64,000 bases of DNA from Chrysomallon squamiferum (Eukaryota > Animalia > Mollusca): NCBI GenBank assembly GCA_012295275.1, contig CM022677.1, forward strand, positions 27,218,001 to 27,282,000, in the 5' to 3' direction. Positions 16,014 through 30,908 of the stretch are shown piece by piece. Both the position numbers and the translations under genes were made by a program. The first letter of the stretch is position 1. Every line of letters begins with the position of its first letter. Under the pieces are notes generated by a model, which saw only the letters and a program-made list of their open reading frames with translations, was not told where the DNA came from and ran no database searches.

Positions 16014-16085
<72 letters not shown>

Positions 16086-19000
16086 CATATATATTTACAT
16101 ATATATATATGTATTAAAAAAAACTAACCCTATACTCTTATTTGATAATGTACAAGAGGAACATTTTGTTATTACATCTTTTAATGAACTGTTGGTTTTG
16201 ATACATGTTATTAGAAATGTATTATAATTACATTTATTTCAAAGAAACATATTTGTTTAATGGAATAATGAAACACAACTGTTTTGAAATGGATACATTT
16301 GCATACATATTACTAAACATAAAAGGTTCACTAAAAAAATTACATTATTAATGAACAAATTATTATTATTACTGTTATTATTAGTAGTAGAAGTACTGTT
16401 ATTATTACTAAATTATTATTGTTATTATTATTTTTATTTTATTTATTTATTTATTTATTCTTCTTTTGTTCTTCCTTGGAAGATTTAAAAACTTAATTTA
16501 TAAAATATTGTTTAACTAGCACCTGCTCTTATACATTTACTTGATTACTTAGCTGATTCCTTGGTTAACTATATTACAATGTATTGAAAATCAGATAAGT
16601 GTTCAGGTCAGAACTGGAAAGATATTTTGAGGGAGTGTACTGAAAACTGAACTGGTAGCTTAAGAATAGATAACTCCCAAAAGAATTGAACTTGTGACCT
16701 GTCAAAATTACAGATCATTTGCTTTAACTATTTAGCTAAACATACACTCCTTTAAATAACCCAAACTCTTCTTTAAACGAAGCAGTTTAAAAACCCATTC
16801 CATCTGAACCATAAAGAACATATCTTTTTTTTTTTCATTTCTTTCCTTTTTTTAATATATATTTATATATTTAGATCACCTGACCCCCCTCCCCCCTCCC
16901 ATCCCCACACTGCAATAAACCCATCAACATTCTCCTGTTAAAAATTGTCTTGGAGGATGATGCAGTTATACTCTTTTTTTTTTTCTTTTTTTTTTTTAAA
17001 TTTTATTTTTGAATCGTTTTCTGGGAAAGCTATTTGCTTCATGTTGAAATTCCTTTAGTTTTATCTGCCAGTCTTAACTGATAAGTGAGTTTCAGGGCTG
17101 TTAGGAAACAGATCAAATTACTTCCCCAATAGTCTCCCCCTTTCCTGACTCTTTTAACATCCTCCTTTAACATTTTTTGTTTCTCTTTATCATTCAGTGT
17201 TTAAAAAATATTTTTTTTTTTTTTTTAGTTCAGTATTTTTTTTTTCTAAATTTTATTTTATTTTATTTTTTTTTATTTTATTTTATTTTATTTTATTTTA
17301 TTTATTTTTTATTTTATTTTATTTTATTTTTTATTATTATTATTATTATTTATTATTATTTATATATATATATATATATTTTATTATTTTGGTTATTTTC
17401 TTAAAATTATTGTTATAAATCTTCATCTTTAATTTTATTACTGTTTGATTGTCTCCAGTTTTAACTGTTTTACCTCTCTCTTCTCAACCTAATTTTTTCC
17501 CTCCTCAGTCTCTGTTTGTGTTCTTTCTCACATAGTTGTTATTGTTGTCAAAGACAAACATTCATGTTTGTCCTCGAGATCTTGCAGACATTTTCAAATA
17601 GACTGATCACCAAACATTGTTGTTATTTCACCTCTGAAAGAAAAAACCTAGTCTAACCTTTGCTAATCCTGCTGAAAAAACGCTGGTTTTAAAAACTCGC
17701 TATTTTTAGATATTTGATAACGGCCATGTCACTGAAGAAATATTAGTTTTAAAGGGAAAAAGAAAATTAAAGATTATAGAAGAATTAAAAACAATTTAAA
17801 AAGAAATAAAGAGAGTAACTTAAAAAAAAAACCCAGTTTAAAACAATTTAAAAAAATAATAATAATAAATATTTGGAAAAATAAAAGAAATCCCAAATTA
17901 ACTGATGTTTTCAAGTGCATACGTACTTTTTGAAGTAGTTATTTTTAAATATTTAAAATTTCCATATGTCCCTCCCAAACCATTAACAGATACAAAGAGT
18001 AGCATGTTTTATACTTGCAACTCATTTTAAAACTAATATTAATTTGTTTTGTAAAGAAAATAATAATTATTATTACTTTTTTGTAAACTATATATATTAA
18101 AAATACTAGAAACATCATAATAATTTGTCAGCCATTTTTATAACTATTAATAATTAAAAAAAAAAAAAAAAAACAATTGTAAAGAAAATTTCATTTGAAA
18201 ACTGTATTGATTAAAAATAATAAAAACATAATTACTTTAATGAATCCCCTTTCCAGCTTGCCATCCCTCTAAATCCCTATTTTCAGATCTCCCCATCTTC
18301 TTTTTCTAGAACTGAATTAAAATATTTCTTTTTGATGGATTACAAATGCTTTTTTTTTCAACCCGGTTATGTGATTTGAGATGATCCAAATAAACTGAAA
18401 TTAGTAATATACAAAATATTTATTTTTAAGAACTGAGAAGGCTAAAAATGAATATAGGAATGCAAAAAAATGGCATAGCAATGAAGATTTCATGCATTTA
18501 TTTTTTTATTTATTTTTATTTATGATAATACCAGCTTCTGTTTTTTTTTTTTTTTTTCTCTTTGAGAACATTCTAGAACAAAATGTGTTTGGGTCAATGA
18601 TAGAACGCAATGACACAAAGGATAATATGTCACTGTCTTCTTTTGACCAGTATTTTTTTCAAATGTCGATTATTTTTATCCTTGTTTTCAAACATTTATA
18701 ATAAAAACCTGAAAAATTATAATACCAAACTAAGCAGAGAGAAAGAAAGATAATACAATAAGTGGGACAGTGTATTAGAGTAACTGTCACTTTAAGAATA
18801 AAAAATAGAGGGAACGAGAAGAAAGAATACACAGACTGAGAGAAGGAAAAGAGAGAAATAAGGACACGTAGTGAATGAAAGAAAAGAAAGAACAGGAAAA
18901 TATTAAAACGGAGAAAAATAGACATACAGAGAGAGAAAGATAAGGAAAATATTAAAACGGAGAAATACAGACATACAGTGAGAAAGATAAGGAAATAATG

Positions 19001-19555
19001 AAAAAGGGAGAATATAGAATGAATGAGAGAGAAAAGAAAAAGAATGTGAAAGAAAGATGAGGAAAGACTGAAAAAGGGAGAGACAGAAATAATTTCATAG
19101 TGTCAGAGTGAAAAAGAAATGTAAGAAAGAAAGAGAGAACATGAGAACAAAAATCTTGTGAAAGAATGAGAGAAATAATGATAAAAACAAAAAAGAAATA
19201 AAGAGACGAAAGGAAAGAAAGACAATGCCAGCTTAAAAGTTATCTTGAAAGAAAGCAACAATGAGGTAATGATTAAAAAGAAAAACAATAGAAGAAAGAG
19301 AGAAAAAAAACTTATTATAAGAGAAAGAAAGAATGAAAGAAATAACGAGAGAAAAAAATCTTATAAATAGAGAAAGAAAGAAAGAATGATAAAAAGACAG
19401 AGGTACAATACTAACAGAAGATGTAAAATGACAGAAGAAGACAGGACTGATGGATGAATGGCATGGATGAAGTAAAACAAACCCACACACTGTATTACTT
19501 AATGGAGGAAGCAGAAAGTTGAGGAGTGTTAAATGGATCTGTAGATTGGTGGAGC

Positions 19556-19596
<41 letters not shown>

Positions 19597-19798
19597 GGTG
19601 ATAAGGGGAAGGTCTAGACAGATGTTTCTGGGGGGAAGTGTGAAACTGTTCAGCATGGTGTGTGCAGCTTGGTTGCTACAGTCAATAGAACTGTTTCTAA
19701 TTAGCACTGATTAACCCAAGCCCCCCTCCCTGAAACTGGATCCTTCCTGCTGCTTTTCTTCTGAATTTGAATTCTGTGTTTTCAACATGGCAGATGTA

Positions 19799-19876
<78 letters not shown>

Positions 19877-20275
19877 AATCTCTCTTTTGCTTTCTCTCTA
19901 CAGGCAGTCGAATGTAATTATGAACACACACACACACACAGATATTGAGATTAATCAGTTCAAACATGAAATGAACAAAGAAAACCTGCTCACTGACAAA
20001 TATTGTCTCACACACACACATACACACATTTAACAGATTCTATAACGTTATGTCTAGCTACACATCTAGCTCTATGCCTGTCTATACTTATTATAGCATT
20101 CATAGATATATATATGTGTCATAATTAATATGTTAGCATTGATATTCCAGATTGCCTATACATACTGGGGAAACATACAGACAATACACATTCATATACA
20201 CCATCCAAACACACACACACACACACACAACACTCATCAATAAGCAAAAACAAAACAAACACAAACATACATCCA

Positions 20276-20324
<49 letters not shown>

Positions 20325-20448
20325 TCCAAAATACAACTATACATCTATCAACATACGTTTGTACGTCTGTCTAAAAACAGAATTTGTTTGCTTGTACAAA
20401 GTATATATATATATATATACACTCACATAAAAACATGCTGGCACACAT

Positions 20449-20496
<48 letters not shown>

Positions 20497-20824
20497 TCAC
20501 ATAATGTACTTTCATACCTTTACTGTAAGGTCTATTTAAAAAAAAAAAAAAAAAATATTACAAAATAACGATCATATCTGTTTTAAAGGTTAATTTAAGT
20601 AATAATTCAAACACACCATTATTCATATTTGACTCGTTGCCAGCTGATATAAACTTTCATTTATCTTTTACCTTGGCAAATCATGAAATGTTGAAAACGT
20701 TATTAATAATGAGAGGCATTTTCAGCAGGTGATGATTCATTTTTAAACCACAAGCATATTTACAAAAGAAACGAACTTTAAGGAATTATGTGAAACTGTG
20801 TTAACTAATGTATGACATATGGTG

Positions 20825-20855
<31 letters not shown>

Positions 20856-21092
20856 ATAAATAAATGAGAGAGATAATGATAAAAGAAGAAAAAAAAATGA
20901 AAGGAATAATGTGTTTTTTAAAAATATTTTAGACTGATTTTGTTTTCAGTGTGCTAAAATTAACTTGTGTTATATGGGATGAGAGTGTGTTATTTTTGTG
21001 GTTGTATATGTGTTATTGTTATTGTTATTGTTACATCATTTTTGTGTTATTTTTCTATTCTTGGTCTAATTATCAATCTGTGTATTTCTAGT

Positions 21093-21163
<71 letters not shown>

Positions 21164-22797
21164 CTCTTGCTTTCTCACTGATGTCAGATTAAGAGCAACA
21201 TTTTTTGGAAGAGATAAACATTACTATTATACCCTCTTTCTGCTCCAATTAATTAACTAAATGACTAATTAACAAATTAAATAGATAATAATAATAATAA
21301 TAAATATAAATAATAATAATAAATAAACTAACAAGTAATAATAATAATAATATAAATAATTAAATAAAACTAAAAAAAGTAGTAGTAGTAATAATAATAA
21401 TCTAAAAGTAGTAGTAGTAGTAATAATAATAATAATAATAACAATAACAATAATATTAAAAAATAATTAAATAAATAAAAAGAAACTATAATAAATATAA
21501 ATACATAAAAACAACAACCTCAACCACTTACAACTATATAATTTTAAAAAATAATAGAGAGAAAAATAGTCTAAGATTCTGGAAGTCTGGACATTGCATG
21601 AATATTTTAACAGAAGTCTAAATATAATGTCAGCCATCTTTGTCGTGACAGTCAGGTTCACAACCATAAGATGCTGCTAAGAAAGGTCACGAAGGTCACC
21701 GTTTCAGCAGCCAACCCGACTATCAATATTGAACCATTCTGGTCAAATTGAATTTATTCCATAACCATTCAAAGAAGGAAAAAAAAAAAAGAGAAAAATA
21801 TTGACTCATTTAGAATATGGTGCATTGATATGGCAGCAAAAATGAATAAATGAATAAATATTTAATTGTTAAATGATAGTAGTTTTGAAAAGACACTGTT
21901 GGAATTTTTGGAAATGCAAATAAAAATTCTTTGGTTGGAACTGTGGACTATTTTTCTGTGATGGAAGGACACGGGGTTGTGAAAAGATGGTGTCGATTGA
22001 TTGTCGTGTCAAAGAATTGGTAGTGCTTGGAAAATATTGATTTTTTTTTTTTTTTTTTTTTTTTTCTCTTTATCTTAAACTTGCTAGTGGTTCTTGTGAA
22101 ACATGGATTGATTTGGAATGGTTGAAAGTTATTTATGTTTGCTGTGAGAGAGAGAGAGAGATATATATATATATAGAGAGAGAGAGAGATTAATTAATTA
22201 GGGTAGAGGAAGATAATTTTGGAATAAATCAGATTTCTTAACATTGTTTTTCTCTTTCTATATCTCTGGTTGTCTTTCATTATCTCTGTCTCTTATTATA
22301 GACATAGCTCTGGCAGTGGTAATAGTAGTATTAGTAGTAGTAATAATAGTGGTAGTAGTAGTAGAGGTAGTAGTAGCAGCAGCAAGAGTAGCACTAGTAG
22401 TAGTTGTAGTAGTACCATCATCAGTACTATTAAAAATAATAATAAAGATCCCATATATATTATTTATGTATTTGTCTAGTCTTCTTCTTCTTCTTCTTCT
22501 TATTATTATTACTTAACAATTAAATATAACCAATGAAGGCCTTATCAATTAGCACTTACGTTCACCCAAAGGGAGCCCCGTCATTTAGCAATCTAAAGAA
22601 GGAGATTATTTATTTATGGAAGCCATTATTTCTGGAATGTTCCATGTTTTTAGTTTAGGGCTGCTGTTTCTATCAGCACAGCATGGCGCCTGAGAATACA
22701 CTCCTGCGTGTTTTTAGATTCCTTTTTTAATTATTATTGATTATTTTTATTGTTGTATTATCTATTTATTTTTATTATTATTATTATTTATTTATTA

Positions 22798-22849
<52 letters not shown>

Positions 22850-23039
22850 TTATCCGATTTTCTTTTCTTAGTCATAATCATCATCTTCATCCTTGTTATC
22901 AATTTTCCTTTTTAAAATTGTTGTTCACTATGATGTTGCTGGTGTTACTGTTACAACATTTAGTACAGCTGTTACAGAAACACCATTTCTAGTAAATACT
23001 ACCAGCGCTGGGGTTAGTACCAGCTAATGCTATTGCTGT

Positions 23040-23510
23040 TTCTGCTACTACTGTTATTACTACAACTAGAAGTACTATCACTACTACTACAATTAACTAT
23101 TACTACTACAATCACTTCTTTCTGCTATTTCTACAACAACAACTACTACTACTACAATTAACTACTACTACTACTGCTACCACTTTTACTACAACCACTA
23201 CTACTATAATTATCTAATGATACTACTACAAATACAACTCTTATTGCTACTACCACTACAACCACTACTGCTTTAACTACTACTACTACAACCACAACTT
23301 TAACTACTACTACTACTGCTTACTGTTGCTACTACTACTACTACAACCACTACTACTGTTGCTACTACTACTACTACTACTACAACCACTACTACTTTAA
23401 CTACTACTACTACTGCTTACTGTTACTACTACTACCACCACTACTACTTGCTACTACTGTTGCTACTTACTGTTACTACTACTACAACCACTACTTACTG
23501 CTACTATAAA
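23040..23510 (+). repeat. Degenerate (TAC/CTA)n trinucleotide region
   Basis: Direct reading; similar tracts occur at about 11210-11745 and 13570-13870. Confidence 0.9.
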
Positions 23511-24930
23511 AGCTATTAACACAGTTAATACTATTTCCCTTACTGTCATATCATCATCATCATCTGTACTATTATTATCACAGCTACTGTAACCAGCTTT
23601 AGTTATAACAATAACAAAACTAAATAAAATAATTAAATAATATTAATCAGATGCAATCAAATCAAATTACAGTTAAAAAATATACGTGTATAAAGAATTG
23701 AAATGATTATAAAAATAATATTAACTGTCCCCACTAGGGCCTCGTAATTAAGGAACCAATAGCTGTTTAGATAACAAAAGCTGTTTGATGTAAGCTGGAT
23801 GTACCTAATGCAGGAACAAACACACACTGTGACAGAGAACAAAGATTTGGTTGATGTTGTTGTTGCAGTAGTAGTTGCTGTTCAGTAAAACTGTGGAAGG
23901 AGACAAACCAAATAAAAAAAAAAAAAAAAAATGTATATACTAAAAATTAAGATTAAAATTAATAAATAAATAAACAAAAAACAAAAAAAATTATAATAAT
24001 AATAATAACAGTAGTAGTTGCAACTGTTTTAATGAATTTTAACATTTTTTAAATTTACTTTACTAAGAAACAGTCTAAACATATTCTACATATTTCAAGT
24101 TAAGTTTTATTTTTTATTTTGTGTTAATGATAATATATTCCTAGAAGCTACTAACTTTAATTTATAGTGGAAAGATGGTTAAAGCATATCAAGTTAAAGG
24201 TTGCATATATATGTCTCTCTGTGTTTGAATGTATATGTATGTGTTTATGTAAATGTGTTTGTCTTTATGTATGTATGTATGTAACTGATATATATGTATG
24301 TACGTTAGTGTATGTTTGTGTATATATACTTGAGCATGTGCGTGTTTAAGTGTATGTATTTATACCTGATTGAGTTAAAATAACAGCTTATAAAATATTT
24401 ATCCTTTTGTATTACAACACTGATAGGGAGTGTGGGGGGGAGAACAAAGCAAGAGAGGTGGGGTTAAATATTGTTTATAAAACATTTACAGCCTGCAATA
24501 CTCCGACACTAGGTGAAGGATATTGCTTTTTAAAAATATTTTTATTCCCCCCCCTTGTACTGAAGGAGGAAGAGAGGATGATTGCTCTGTTGGATGTTTA
24601 CTTGACAAATTTTTGTATTTGTTTTAACACAATTCAATGCTTTTTCTCAAATACTTGATCTGTTTGCTGTGCTGTTGTAGTAGCCGATGTTACACTGCGA
24701 TGATGTAACTGCGCCATGGTGTAGATTGACAGTTTTATGGTGGAACTGATTTCATATTTTAATTATGTGATTTTTTATTATTATTATTAGATTTGTTGTG
24801 CTTTATGCTTAAAATTGAAATAAGACAACATTAATAGCAGTAATGATGATGATGATGATGTTAATGATGAAGGTGATGATGATAATAATAATAATAATCA
24901 TAATCATGATGATAACATTGATGTTTATCA

Positions 24931-24945
<15 letters not shown>

Positions 24946-25012
<67 letters not shown>

Positions 25013-25081
25013 AGATAATTATAAAAATAAAAAGAAATCAACAACAAAAACAAACAAAACAAAACAAGCTCTGTGTAACGA

Positions 25082-25152
<71 letters not shown>

Positions 25153-25236
25153 AAAAAAGATACTTATAAAAAGAAAAAGAAATCAACAACAAAAACATAC
25201 AAAAACAAAACAAAGGAAACAAGCTCAGTGTGATGA

Positions 25237-25304
<68 letters not shown>

Positions 25305-25380
25305 AAGAAATACTTATAAAAATGAAAAAGAAATCAACAACAAAAACAAAACAACAAACAAACAAAACAAAACAAAACTT
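24946..25380 (+). repeat. Triplicated unit of about 140 bp: (GA)n + AAAAGATACTTATAAAAA..AAAGAAATCAACAACAAAAAC
   Basis: Three copies of the same flank, each following a (GA)n tract. Confidence 0.8.
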
Positions 25381-25897
25381 GCCCTGCATAATGATGAGTT
25401 GATTTGAAAGCACTCATTTTTGTATCTCTTAAATCTAAGCTGGCTGAAATCACCATTTTTCCATGCTCATTTGCATTTTTATTGCACATTGTCTCCATCT
25501 CTCTTTATGCGTGAATATTCATAGAATAATCATATGAATAAAACATAACTCATAATAGCCATTTCCCATGTAGTGTGTGTGTGTGTGTTCCATGTAAATA
25601 CTTACAGGCTGTCACAGGCAGAAAAAAACAACAATATCTGTTTATGATGTAAAATAATGAAGTTGAAATAGGAGAGAAAATGTCAAGATTATCAAAGAGA
25701 AATATTCAGTGGAAAATAGTAGATTGATAACTGGAGAGAGAGATGAACGAGAGATGAAAGAGAGATGATATAACAGTATTAATGGTAGCAGTCATAATAG
25801 TTTAGTAGCAGTAGGTAGTGGTAAAAGCTTATTATTGTTTCCATAATTCTGTTTTTTTTATTATTATTTTTTATTATTGTTATTATTATTATTATTA

Positions 25898-25950
<53 letters not shown>

Positions 25951-26281
25951 TATTATTTATTATTGTTATTATTATTATTATTGTTATTATTGTTATTATT
26001 ATTGTTATTATTATTGTTATTGTTATTTACTTGAGAGAAAGGGAGGTAGTATAACAGTATTAATATTAGGGGTCATGCTAACTGGTAGCAGTGTAATAGA
26101 AATAACCCTGTTATTGTTTCTACAGCACTGTTTAATACAGTAAAGTTTGGTTTTTGCAACAACAGCAATGGTTTAATAATAATAATAATAATAATAATAA
26201 TAGTAATAGTAATAATGTTATTGTTTCTACAATAATACAGTAAAGTTTGGTTTTGCAACAACAGCAATAATAGTAATAATA

Positions 26282-26346
<65 letters not shown>

Positions 26347-26940
26347 CATAGTAATAATAGTAATAACAGTAATAACAACAATAATAATATAATAACAGTA
26401 ATAACAGTAATAACAATAATAACAAATAACAACAATAACAATAACAGTAATAACACAACCCCTACCCAAGGTGTGTTATGATCTTCCCTCAAAAGACAGA
26501 AAAAAACCACGAAAAGATTTGAACAAAACCTTCTGACAGATACACAGAGAAGAAAGTTATCTGACTTTGTTTTTAGCATATTGAATTTCAAAACCTGATT
26601 GAAATCTCAGGTTTTTGAAAAGAAAATAGTCTGTTGCTATGGCGATACCTTACTATGGGTTCGATTCTGTCAGGTGATAAAGTTAGACCCTGAACACCTG
26701 AAAAGAATTTTTTTTATTTTTTTTATTTTTTTTATTTTTTTTAAAAGATTTGTTTTGTGATAAAAGCATTTACTCTGTTTTGAGAGATTGTTTTATTTCT
26801 CTGATCTATATCCATATACCAAGCAATATTTGTTCCATTTACATGCATAAACATGCACACACACATATATATGTATATATATATAGGACATATTGAAAGC
26901 ATAACACAAAACTATTTGTCAAAATTCCTTGTTTTTTATT

Positions 26941-26978
<38 letters not shown>

Positions 26979-27632
26979 CGTGCGTGTGTGTGTGTGTGTA
27001 AAATGTTAGAAATAGATAATAACAGTAGAAGAAAAAATAAATAAAAAGCAAAAACAGAAATAATAATAACAACAACAAAATTCAATTCATAACATTTATT
27101 TACAAATATAAATTTCATAACCCGCAATCTCTACACTGACACTCCACCCTGGATTCCTCACCCTCTATCACTTCATATAGAAACCCCAACCATACCCACA
27201 CCCACAACCCTCATTTCCCCCCAACCCTGGAAAATTATACAGGAAATAAAAAAAAAAAAAAAAAAAGAGATTGAGTTTGACGGAATGAAGCAGAGGCAGA
27301 AAGAGAAATCTCTCGCAGAGAACATTTTTAACTTGTCTGCCGAAACAAACCCGGCTTCCCTGGTTTTCCATATTCTGTTCCAATTAGCCAACTGTCATAC
27401 AAGAAGAGAAATCGATAGAAGCATGGACCCATGAGACCTGCCTGCCTGCCTGCCTGCCTGCCTCACAGGGAGAGAGAGCGAGAGAGAAAGAGAGAACCAG
27501 CACCATTTCGAAAGAGCAGGAACCGATTGCATTAAAGCAAGCTTCGATAATTACTTTATTTATCGAAAACCTGTGATTTGCCCAAACTTAGTGTGCAGGG
27601 CAGAAAAAAAATCTTATGAAAATTACCATCTC

Positions 27633-27668
<36 letters not shown>

Positions 27669-27728
27669 CATGCAACAGCCTTTTTTTTTTTTTTTTTTCT
27701 TTCTTCAGCCTGCTGCTGCTGCTGCTGC

Positions 27729-27760
<32 letters not shown>

Positions 27761-28287
27761 GGTAATGAACAGGTGGGGGGAGAGGGAGGGAGGTGATGGG
27801 GGAGGGGAGCCTGGTCTTCCTTTCCTGCTGGAAAGCTTTTATGAGGGGGGAAAAAAAAAAAAAAAAAAAAAAAAGACTTTCCAATTATGAATGCTGAAAT
27901 ATTTATCAGACGAGCAAGCGAGCGAGCGAGAGGGATGAGTCATGGAAGGTGAAGGTCACTCTGCAGTGGCAGCATGCCGCTTGATGAAATTCTGTCTTGG
28001 AATGAATGCTGCTGCTGCTGCTGCTTGTTGTCTTCCTTAATGGTCCGGTGTGTTGGTGGTGAAATTTAATTTGTGCTGGACAGTGGTCAGTAATTTAGCA
28101 GCTGGTGCTGATTAAAAGGATTTGTTACACGTTCTGGTCTTGAAAAGAAAAAGGGGAAAAGAAATGAGAGATAGTCATAAAGATGTAGGAGCAAATGAAA
28201 TAAAATAAAATAAAATAAAAAGTAAATAAGATACAGCAATAATAATGATGATGATGATGATGATGATAATAATGATGAATAATAATG

Positions 28288-28333
<46 letters not shown>

Positions 28334-28619
28334 GCACAAAACTTTAACAAAATAAAAACCCATCCTGAAAAAACCAACAAAACAAAAGCACTAAACACAA
28401 ACTCACAAAGATATCCATATTTATTACATCAATTTCAGGCAGTTTATTTGGAAATGCTTTCTGTTTTATTTATTTTTTTATTTTCAAAAATATTTTTTTA
28501 ATGTTTTATTGGTTTTTTCCATATTTATTTTCTCCATTTAACTTACCAGATAATAACTAGGTGACTGCACAACCTTTAACAAAACTGAATTCTTTCCTTC
28601 TCCTCTTTGTTTAATTTTG

Positions 28620-28713
<94 letters not shown>

Positions 28714-28755
28714 CATATAGTTAAATTAATTTTTTAAATATATTTTGTTTTACAG

Positions 28756-28884
28756 AAGATAGAAAACTGTTTGTTGGGATGCTCAATAAACAGCAGATTG
28801 AAGAAGATGTTCGTCAGTTGTTTAGTCCGTACGGAGCCATTGAGGAATGTACCATACTGCGAGATCAAAATGGCAACAGTAAAG
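28756..28884 (+). CDS. CELF4: CELF3-6/Bruno-3 family RNA-binding protein, RRM2 first exon ([44 protein letters not shown])
   Basis: Acceptor ttttacag|AA, donor AAG|gtgagt, 129 nt, phase 1-1. RNP2 motif LFVGML recognised as CELF RRM2. Confidence 0.96.
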
Positions 28885-29840
28885 GTGAGTGATCTCCCCT
28901 TTTCTCGTGAATAGCCTCCCTTTTTTCATGAATTAGTTGTTTAATCACCCCACTTCTCCTTTTTTTAAAATTAATTATCTATCATTTTCTCATAACCTGT
29001 TTATCTTTTTTTCTACATATTTGTCGTGGAGTATTTATCCTTTTTCTTAAGTAATCTCCCCTTTTTTCATGAGTTACCTACCTTTTTATCATCTGTTATA
29101 TATACCCTTTCATCGTGCATTGTCTACCATGTTGACTGTTATTTCAGAAACATTTCGAATTATAATTTTATTTAGACTTATTTTTATTATTAGTATATTA
29201 TTTTCAAATCGTTTTAGCATCCCTAGATTAAAATTTATACGTCATAGAAAAACAAAGAATTATGAGAGAGATTTCTACTGGTTATTTTTTGTTTGTTTAA
29301 ATATTTTTAATACAAATTGAAATTTAGGTAGGTAGGTAAGTAAGTAAGTAAATAAATAAAAAAAAAAAAAAAAAAACAACAACAAACAAACATGTCCCTT
29401 GTATCATAATAATATCCCCATTTATCTTCACTGCCAATTCTGGTTCCATTACGCTAATTATTAAAAAAAACAAACAATAAAAAACAAAGAAATAATAAAA
29501 AAAAATAATAATAATTTATATTTTTCAATGCTTTCCCTCCTTTAGACAAATATGCATCACACCAGTATTAAATACAAATTTTTTATTTACTTTCCATTTT
29601 ACCCCTTTCATGGACCCACCCCTGAGAAATATGATGCTGCTGTTGATTAAACAGATCCACATACATGTGTGAATACGACTTGTTTGAGAGAAATTTGAAA
29701 AGTAAAAGATTGTTAGGTAAATAAAATATTAAAATGAGAAAATTACTTGCTCTTATGAAATTCAGACCAAAAAAAAAAAAAAAAAAAAAAAAGTTTTAAA
29801 TGTCAGGATTAAATCAATTATTCAGTTAGTTCGGGTGAGG

Positions 29841-30160
29841 TCTGGAAAGAGCAGAAGTTAAATGCAGAAACAGTTTATAGGAAAATAGTATCGATCTTGC
29901 AAAATGGCTGACATTAGACTTAAGTTCTTTTGTTCCTGAGATATTTTTTTTTTTTTAACAAGTTCGGAAAAAAAGTAGAAGTTAAATGCAGAAACAGTTT
30001 ATAGGCAAATAGTATTGATCTTACAAAATGGCTGACATTAGAGTAAGTTCTTTTGTTCCCAAGAATTTTTTTTAACAAGTTCTGAAAAGAGCAGAAGTTA
30101 AATGCAGAAACACTTTACAGGAAAATAGTATTGATCTTGCAAAAACAAAAATGGCTGATG
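29841..30160 (+). repeat. Tandem repeat of about 120 bp, about 2.7 copies
   Basis: AGAAGTTAAATGCAGAAACA..TTTA.AGG.AAATAGTAT.GATCTT.CAAAA recurs at about 29853, 29977 and 30093. Confidence 0.85.
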
Positions 30161-30625
30161 TTGGATAAAATTCCCTAGCTTTGTTTTTATTTATTATTTT
30201 TTTCTGTTCTCACGTGACCAAATAATTTTTGTATATGATTAATGATTGTTGTGAATTCAAACTTGAAATTTTCACACGAGAGAATATAAAAAACTTTAGT
30301 GATATGTAAGAGATAAAAATTTGATTTATTACTAAGATTAAGCATGAAATGTTGTTGTTATTATTCAGTACGGCAAAGTGCGAATAAATGAGAATAAACA
30401 CATACACAAACACACTAATAATTGAAAATTAGAACTTGCTGTTTGGAATATCTGATCACAGTTATAGATTTTTCTGTCGATCAATGTACAGACATATACA
30501 TGCACATGCATGCACAAAACATGAACTCATTTGTATACAAAAAAAAAAAAAAAATGATATACACACAAAAAAAGAACACTCATAGATGTACAAACACAAA
30601 ATGTCACGAACACGTCCAATAATCA

Positions 30626-30628
<3 letters not shown>

Positions 30629-30688
<60 letters not shown>

Positions 30689-30770
30689 CTACACACAGCT
30701 ACACACACACACACAGACACACACACATACACACACAAACACACACACACACACACACACAAAGGCACAG

Positions 30771-30860
<90 letters not shown>

Positions 30861-30908
30861 ACATATACACACACACACAGAGACACATACACACAGACAC
30901 ACACAGAC
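30629..30908 (+). repeat. Long (CA)n microsatellite (representative of dozens of AC, AG, AT, TAA and TAC tracts)
   Basis: Direct reading. Confidence 0.95.

Noticed and set aside
27709-27772. Poly-Cys cassette exon after a strong acceptor at 27708
   Set aside because: The available donors give 53 or 64 nt, out of phase with 28756, and the content is simple repeat.
1-28755. RRM1-coding exons of the CELF gene
   Set aside because: I searched by eye for KLFIGQIP, CAFLTY and RPIQVKPAD-type coding sequence and found none. A tBLASTn with a CELF4 RRM1 would be decisive.
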